From positions 240-64,239 of the forward strand of contig CALHVV010000066.1 of the NCBI GenBank assembly GCA_938036915.1: 64,000 nt of DNA. The letters are read 5' to 3'. The position numbers were made by a program, and so were the translations under genes. The notes beneath the pieces were generated by a model. That model worked only from the letters and a program-made list of their open reading frames with translations. It had not been told where the DNA came from and did no database searches. Each line of letters starts with the position of its first letter. The stretch's first letter is position 1. Shown here piece after piece: positions 58,510 to 64,000 of the stretch. The DNA is from an uncultured Candidatus Saccharibacteria bacterium. GTDB taxonomy: Bacteria > Patescibacteriota > Saccharimonadia > Saccharimonadales > Saccharimonadaceae.

Positions 58510-58884
58510 ATGGAACACAAACACCACACTACCTCATACAAAACTATCCTCGCGCAGACGGCTGTGGCGGTCTTTAGCCTGGCGACTGCGCTGGGGGTGT
58601 TCTTACACGATGGGCAATTTGATAAGATGACCACTGTGCTTCTCACGCTCGAGCCTGCTGTGCTGCGAAGCCGGGGACTGCAAGGCTTGGCGGAACCCGA
58701 TAAGCTAACAACCGACCCACACGTCCATCCGCATCATACGTCGCTTGGGTATAAGGCGGCGCATCACGGGCAGCACCACACGCCGGATGTGCCACCGCGC
58801 GATGATGAATATAGGTATCTGGCGCATAAGCAGCGGGGAACGCGCCATGCCTTTGATAATCAGTTCTTGCCGATTGTTGGTTAG
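58510..58884 (+). CDS. small His-rich membrane-anchored hypothetical protein
   Basis: N-terminal TM, PHVHPHH and HHGQHH; promoter upstream. Confidence 0.7.
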   Translation: MEHKHHTTSYKTILAQTAVAVFSLATALGVFLHDGQFDKMTTVLLTLEPAVLRSRGLQGLAEPDKLTTDPHVHPHHTSLGYKAAHHGQHHTPDVPPRDDEYRYLAHKQRGTRHAFDNQFLPIVG

Positions 58885-59340
58885 TTATTGATGGTGATAC
58901 GGATGACCAGCGGCAATCTGCTGCGCCCGGTAGAGTTGCTCGGCCAAGATGAGTCGCACCAGCTGGTGTGGAAACACCAGGCGAGACAGCGACCACACCA
59001 GGTTAGCGCGCTCCATCACTGCCTCTGTCACACCGTATGCGCCACCAATGATAAGCACGAGTGATTTGCCTTGCGCCATTGGCTGATGCAGGCTGCGCGA
59101 AAGGGCGGGCGAGTCGAGCATTGTGCCGCGCTCGTCCAGTAGTACGACATATGCTTGGGGCGAAAGCGCTCGAAGAATCTGCTGCGACTCCTCACGGCGT
59201 GCCGCATCGCTACTACGCTGGCTGGCTGGAAGGAGCTTCCACTGCAGCTGCCAAGCATGGGTCATACGCTGCTCGTAGCGTGCAATGCCATTAGCCAGCC
59301 AGGGCTCGTGCCGCTTGCCAATGGCAATGATGGTGATCAC
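58885..59340 (-). CDS. rlmH: 23S rRNA pseudouridine-1915 N3-methyltransferase
   Basis: LDERG, IIGGAYG, LVFPHQLVRLILAEQLYRA, HPYH. Confidence 0.97.
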   Translation of the reverse strand: MITIIAIGKRHEPWLANGIARYEQRMTHAWQLQWKLLPASQRSSDAARREESQQILRALSPQAYVVLLDERGTMLDSPALSRSLHQPMAQGKSLVLIIGGAYGVTEAVMERANLVWSLSRLVFPHQLVRLILAEQLYRAQQIAAGHPYHHQ

Positions 59341-59762
59341 GCGCTGGCATTTCCGCCACTGCTGGGTACTGCTGCAGCAAGGCGCTGAGCAGTGGTAGAT
59401 AGGTGAGCATTACTAGTATCAGTTGGGTAGCCATGATGGAGCTGTAGCACCTCGCGGTCATATAGCGGCACAAGATGAATGTGAGCGTGCGGCACATCAA
59501 AGCCCTCTACCACCACGCCGACTCGCTCAGGCTTGAGCTCTGTCTCCATTGCGTGGGCAATCCGCTGCGCTACCGCCCAGAGGTGCTGATACACCTCAGT
59601 GGGGAGCGCCCACAGCGAGTCAATCTGCTGCTTCGGCACGACCAGTACATGGCCGTCACTCAGTGGGTTGATATCGAGGAAGGCTATTGTGTACTCATCC
59701 TCATACACCGTGTGGCTTGGTATTTCACCCTTGATAATCTTAGTAAAAATAGAATCCTGCAT
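59337..59762 (-). CDS. HIT family nucleotide hydrolase
   Basis: SIFTKIIKGEIP, AFLDINP, GHVLVVPK, HAHIH. Confidence 0.95.
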   Translation of the reverse strand: MQDSIFTKIIKGEIPSHTVYEDEYTIAFLDINPLSDGHVLVVPKQQIDSLWALPTEVYQHLWAVAQRIAHAMETELKPERVGVVVEGFDVPHAHIHLVPLYDREVLQLHHGYPTDTSNAHLSTTAQRLAAAVPSSGGNASA

Positions 59763-59861
59763 GGCTCTAGTATACGCGAAGGTGGGGCAAGAGCTCAAGG
59801 ATATCCGCTGCGCGATATTTTCGTTCGGCATCACATCTGTTATAATGAGAGCAGACCACAC

Positions 59862-59949
59862 GGAGAGGTGCAGGAGTGGTTGAACTGGCCGCTCTCGAAA
59901 AGCGGTAAGCCGCAAGGCTTCGAGGGTTCGAATCCCTCTCTCTCCGCCA
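59862..59949 (+). tRNA. tRNA-Ser(CGA)
   Basis: Anticodon arm CCGCT-CTCGAAA-AGCGG, variable arm with GCAA loop, TTCGAAT, GCCA; TGTTATAAT upstream. Confidence 0.96.
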
Positions 59950-60140
59950 TAGTTTTGGTAGTGTTAATCTGCAGGCTGAGGATGCTTGTAGATTTTTTAT
60001 TACGAAAAACACGTGATTACTTTTGTGCGCCATGATTGCTCTCTTTCTGTTTTTGCAAACTCAGGCAAGACGCAATGAAAAGCGCACACCGCGATGGTGT
60101 GCGCATATGTTTGTGTGAGAAGAGAGCCAAGCGGCACCGG

Positions 60141-60569
60141 CTAGGTAGTCGAAGCACCGGTGTTGCTACTGTTGGTCGTGGTGTTGATGTTGCCACCGGG
60201 GATGATGGTGTTGATGACAAAGTTCACCGCCGCATAGGCTAGCAGCGCCACTACGACACCGACCAGAGCGTACATGATAGTATTCTTGGCGCCTTGCACC
60301 TGTGATGAATTACCACCAGAGACAACATAACGAATACCACCGAAGATGATCATAATGACCGCGATAGCACCAACGAGAAACAGCATGATGTTGCTTACCC
60401 GTGTGAAGATACCGGCGTCACCAAAGAGGTCGGCTGGCTGGTCTTTACCCCGTGAGCGGCTGGCACCATCTGACACGCCGCCGATTGCAGCGCTGGGCGG
60501 CGCAGCAGCAATTATCCCACCCCCGATGAGGGCAAGAGCACTGATAGATAGTAGACATTTTTTTAGCAT
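60141..60569 (-). CDS. VirB2/TrbC-like T4SS pilin
   Basis: Signal peptide; LFLVGAIAVIMIIFGGIRYVVSGG...AKNTIMYALVG; AAGGAG RBS. Confidence 0.88.
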   Translation of the reverse strand: MLKKCLLSISALALIGGGIIAAAPPSAAIGGVSDGASRSRGKDQPADLFGDAGIFTRVSNIMLFLVGAIAVIMIIFGGIRYVVSGGNSSQVQGAKNTIMYALVGVVVALLAYAAVNFVINTIIPGGNINTTTNSSNTGASTT

Positions 60570-60938
60570 AATAAACTTAGCTCCTTTTATCTTGTAATTA
60601 TACGATATGGCGTTTTTTTTGTCGAGAGGAAAGCGGTGAAATTTCTCAGCTTGTGATACTGTGGTGACTCGCTTCCTTCATCTCTTTTGCTAGTAGCGTC
60701 TTGAAAACTTGCTAGTATGACGGTATTTTGAGCCCACGTGGCAAATTGGCGTTCTAGAGAGACACTCGATTGCATTCTTATTTATATTGCTTGATAAAGG
60801 GAAGAGGAGTGCAAGATAATATATGGCTCACGACACTGCGGCGAAGTAGGGATAAAATTGCACCTCACAAATGTCTAGCGCAATTGCCTGACCTATGCTA
60901 CAATAGCCAGTGCACGTTGGTGCACAATCCGACACGCT

Positions 60939-61031
60939 GGAGGAGTACCCAAGTGGCTGAAGGGGACGGTTTGCTAAATCGTTAGTGTGGGGAGACCTGC
61001 AGCGGGAGTTCGAATCTCCCCTCCTCCGCCA
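60939..61031 (+). tRNA. tRNA-Ser(GCT)
   Basis: Acceptor GGAGGAG/CTCCTCC, anticodon arm ACGGT-TTGCTAA-ATCGT, long variable arm, GCCA; TGCTACAAT upstream. Confidence 0.95.
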
Positions 61032-61486
61032 GGATTGTTTGGGCTATGGCTATTGGCTCGGTGTTTTTGATAAAACAGCCGCACAGTAATATCCACAGCT
61101 CAAGAATGACAAGCCAAAATAGACGAATGCTGAGGTTGCTTAGCAATCTATAGTTTTAGCATAAAAGCAACACAAAGGCTAGATGAATGAATCATTGTAG
61201 ATATTACAATGATATTTTTATTTGTGTGGATCTTGGTGAAATAAGTGACATATTCAATACATGCGAAGTATCAAATATGTCAAGAGCTCTATCTGAGGTA
61301 TGATCTATAAATGTACGATATACATGCAAGACTGGCGAGAGGGGCGAAGTATGGGTATTGGGTGCGGCATAGAGCGTATGGCTGCGTAGTTATATGGGTT
61401 ATGGTTAATTGACCAGCGCGGCCATTATGATAGAATAGTCTTTGTAACGTAAATCTAACGCCAACCGACAAGGGGAGGAAAGAGCA

Positions 61487-64000
61487 GTGAAGATTAGACG
61501 TCAAAAACGTGGGATCGTCATGCGCATCGCATCGGTTGTGGCTGTGAGTGGGCTCGCTATAGGCGGGCTTTTTTATGGTCTCAACTCGGTGAACGCAACC
61601 GGTCTGAATAAAAACTATAGTTATATTAAGGCAAACTACGCTGTGCCGAACGCCAACGTAGCCTGGGTGTCGCCCAACGGGGATGACACCAAGGGTAACG
61701 GAAGCGAGTCGGCACCGTACAAGAGCTTTGGCCGCGCCGTCACGAAGATCGGCGACGGCGGAACAGTGGTGGCAAAGAGTGGTATCTACCGCGAGCCACA
61801 CTTTTTTGTGACGAAGAAGAATGTCACCATGCAGGCAGCACCGAACGCTGAGGTATGGCTGAAGGGTAGCGACGTTGTGACCAACTGGTCGCGCGAAGGT
61901 AATATGTGGAAGGCCACTGGCAACTTCCAGAACTTCTGCCACGTCTGTACGACCAACATCAAGCCAGAAGTCGAAGGTATGGCTGCCTACCCAGAGCAGG
62001 TCTTTATTAACGACAAGCCACTAACGCAGGTCGGGAGCAAGGCTGAGGTCGGCCCAGGCAAGTTCTATGTGGAAGATGCCACTCAGACGACGCGTAGTGG
62101 TGGGCACTTCAACCCAGGCCGGCAAGACACCGTCAGTTACTACCTAGGTTCTGACCCAACGGCTGGCACAACGGAGATCTCGCAGCGCACCCGCGCCTTT
62201 ACCACAACAGGCGAGAACTTTAAGCTACAGGGTATTAACATTTCGCAGTATGCACCAAACCAAACCTGGGGCTTTAAAGACCCACAGCTAGACGACAAGG
62301 CTGGGCCGATCGCCATCTCCATCAACGGGAAGAACTCGCTGGTACAAGATGTGATCGTGGCGCAGAACTCGAACTCCGGGCTATTCCTCGACAAAGCATC
62401 AGGCAGTGTGGTGAAGAACAGCCAATTCCTCGACAACGGGGGTAACGGTGCTGGTGCAAACCGCATTGAGAATGCCGTGTTTGAGAACAACACCTTTAGT
62501 AACAACAACGCCGCTGGCTTCGAAACGAACGGTAGCTACTGTACATCGTGGTGTGGCATGGCCGATGTGAAGGTGACTCACGCCGAGAACTTCACATTCC
62601 GCAACAATGTGGTAGACTACTCGAAGTCTGGCTCGACCAACTCCGACATCGCTGTGGCCAAGCGTCACCAGCTGCCAGGCTTCTGGTGTGACGAAGGGTG
62701 TATCAACACCAACATCGTCAACAACTACTTTACCAACGTCCAGATGGCGATCTTCTACGAGGTATCACACACCGGTATCATCGCCTCGAACATTATCGAG
62801 GGTTCGGGTTCTGGTATCTTAGTGTCGGGTAGTAGCAAGACGAAGATCTACAACAACTCTATCTCACGCACCGCCTACCCAATCCGCATCCGTGAGGATA
62901 CCCGCAGTAAGGGTTGTAATGCCTACCAAGGTAGCACCTGTACTGCACCGGAGAGCTGGTCGCAAGCTAAGGGACTCAGCTGGGACACAACGGGCACAGA
63001 GATGTACAACAACATCATCTCATCGCGCGCTGCAACCGCCAAGGATGGCGACAGCCCATACTGGGCATACGGTGTTCGTACCAAGGGTGGTGCCAACATT
63101 GGCGGACCAAAGGTTGGTACAAACGAGATGTTTGCTGGCCTAGACTACAACGTCTACTACCGCAACGATACTAATGTCGATAAGACCGTCTTTACCTGGG
63201 ACTTGGCTCAGACGGACGCACCGATCGATGTCCTCTTTAGTAAGACATCAGACATCGCTAAGGATGGCCGGGTCAGTAAGGCGATTGATGGCCTAGAGCG
63301 CAACTCGCTCGACCAAACTGGCTCACGCAGCGCCAACCCATTCTTCACCAGCGAAGCTGCGAACAACAACGACTACAACAAGAGTAACTACACCATCAAG
63401 GCTGGTAGCCCAGCTGCCAACAGCGGTAAGGAGCTGCCTGCCGACGTGGCGAAGGCAATCGACCCAAGTGGCGCAACTGTGAAGGCCGGTACCAAGGTGA
63501 ATTGTGGTGCACTGGTCAATGCCAACATGACTGGTGGCGAGCCAAACGTCAGCAGCAAGAGTAGTAGTACTCCACAACAAAATAACGCCAACGGCGCAAC
63601 CACCAACGGACAAGCAAACCCAAAAGCACCGGGCATGGGCAGCGCCAGTAAAGCTGACACTGCTCATGCAGCCCAAACCGCTGAGGCCGACACCAAGAGC
63701 GACAACAGCACTGTAGCGGTCCCAGACGCCCGCCTCAAGGCGGCAATCAACAAGCGCCTGTCTGAGACCCTTGGTGCCCGTCGCAGCGCCGCACAAGACG
63801 TGACAGCAGGTGAGATGCAAAAGCTAACTGGCTTGTCACTCATCTTGCCGGGTGATGCAGCGGACGACCGCAAGGTTGCCGACCTCACCGGCCTCGAGGC
63901 AGCAACGAACCTTGACTGGCTGGCAATCGACGGCAACAAGGTGAAGAGCCTCGCGCCGCTCGCTAAGCTAACCAAGCTTACGTCGCTGACCGCTCATTCC
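61487..64000 (+). CDS. large secreted/surface protein: right-handed parallel beta-helix (pectate-lyase-like) domain, linker, then internalin-like LRR; truncated by window edge, not in ORF track
   Basis: GGAGG RBS + GTG; signal/TM; VSPNGDDTKGNGSESAPYKS, GIYRE, GFWCDEGC; VPDARLKAAINKRL...DLTGLEAATNL...KSLAPLAKLTKLTSL; reading frame consistent at spot checks to the end. Confidence 0.88.
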   Translation, partial: MKIRRQKRGIVMRIASVVAVSGLAIGGLFYGLNSVNATGLNKNYSYIKANYAVPNANVAWVSPNGDDTKGNGSESAPYKSFGRAVTKIGDGGTVVAKSGIYREPHFFVTKKNVTMQAAPNAEVWLKGSDVVTNWSREGNMWKATGNFQNFCHVCTTNIKPEVEGMAAYPEQVFINDKPLTQVGSKAEVGPGKFYVEDATQTTRSGGHFNPGRQDTVSYYLGSDPTAGTTEISQRTRAFTTTGENFKLQGINISQYAPNQTWGFKDPQLDDKAGPIAISINGKNSLVQDVIVAQNSNSGLFLDKASGSVVKNSQFLDNGGNGAGANRIENAVFENNTFSNNNAAGFETNGSYCTSWCGMADVKVTHAENFTFRNNVVDYSKSGSTNSDIAVAKRHQLPGFWCDEGCINTNIVNNYFTNVQMAIFYEVSHTGIIASNIIEGSGSGILVSGSSKTKIYNNSISRTAYPIRIREDTRSKGCNAYQGSTCTAPESWSQAKGLSWDTTGTEMYNNIISSRAATAKDGDSPYWAYGVRTKGGANIGGPKVGTNEMFAGLDYNVYYRNDTNVDKTVFTWDLAQTDAPIDVLFSKTSDIAKDGRVSKAIDGLERNSLDQTGSRSANPFFTSEAANNNDYNKSNYTIKAGSPAANSGKELPADVAKAIDPSGATVKAGTKVNCGALVNANMTGGEPNVSSKSSSTPQQNNANGATTNGQANPKAPGMGSASKADTAHAAQTAEADTKSDNSTVAVPDARLKAAINKRLSETLGARRSAAQDVTAGEMQKLTGLSLILPGDAADDRKVADLTGLEAATNLDWLAIDGNKVKSLAPLAKLTKLTSLTAHS

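Noticed and set aside
43352..61031. Non-proteinogenic tRNAs dedicated to Fem enzymes
   Set aside because: All three tRNA-Ser have canonical D-loop GG, TTCGAAT T-loop and GC-rich T-stems
1..64000. CRISPR array, rRNA, IS transposase, prophage
   Set aside because: No spaced direct repeats or recognisable motifs found by eye
1..64000. Alternative genetic code (UGA=Gly)
   Set aside because: Genes end at TGA at expected positions with ATGA overlaps (sucC/sucD, ABC pair, HIT/rlmH)

Overview
This is the replication-origin region of a small-genome bacterium, most likely Saccharibacteria (TM7, Patescibacteria/CPR). That call is an inference from gene content: a Patescibacteria-type VirB4/PrgI/VirB6/pilin set, a short Jag, and the standard genetic code. 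In order: (1) 1-22 kb, a large surface-glycan cluster (GT2/GT4/GT8, RmlD, Wzx, Wzm/Wzt, a DUF2142 GT-C-like protein, GtrAB) interrupted by a ChW-repeat secreted protein, a small orphan gene carrying a 5-nt tandem repeat, and sucCD. (2) jag-yidC-rnpA-rpmH divergent from dnaA-dnaN-recF, with a bipartite oriC. (3) A relaxase-less type IV secretion locus with peptidoglycan hydrolases, converging on recF. (4) 43-64 kb: three stand-alone tRNA-Ser genes, a MacB-type ABC pair, a degenerate PGI/PMI, murE, tsaD, two Fem-type transferases, clustered parS-like palindromes, valS, rlmH, a HIT gene, a VirB2-like pilin, and a large beta-helix/LRR surface protein that runs off the window and is missing from the ORF track. 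Many genes have an extended -10 element only 6-10 nt before the start codon. No CRISPR array, rRNA, integrase or transposase was seen. All calls come from reading motifs by eye; no searches were run.
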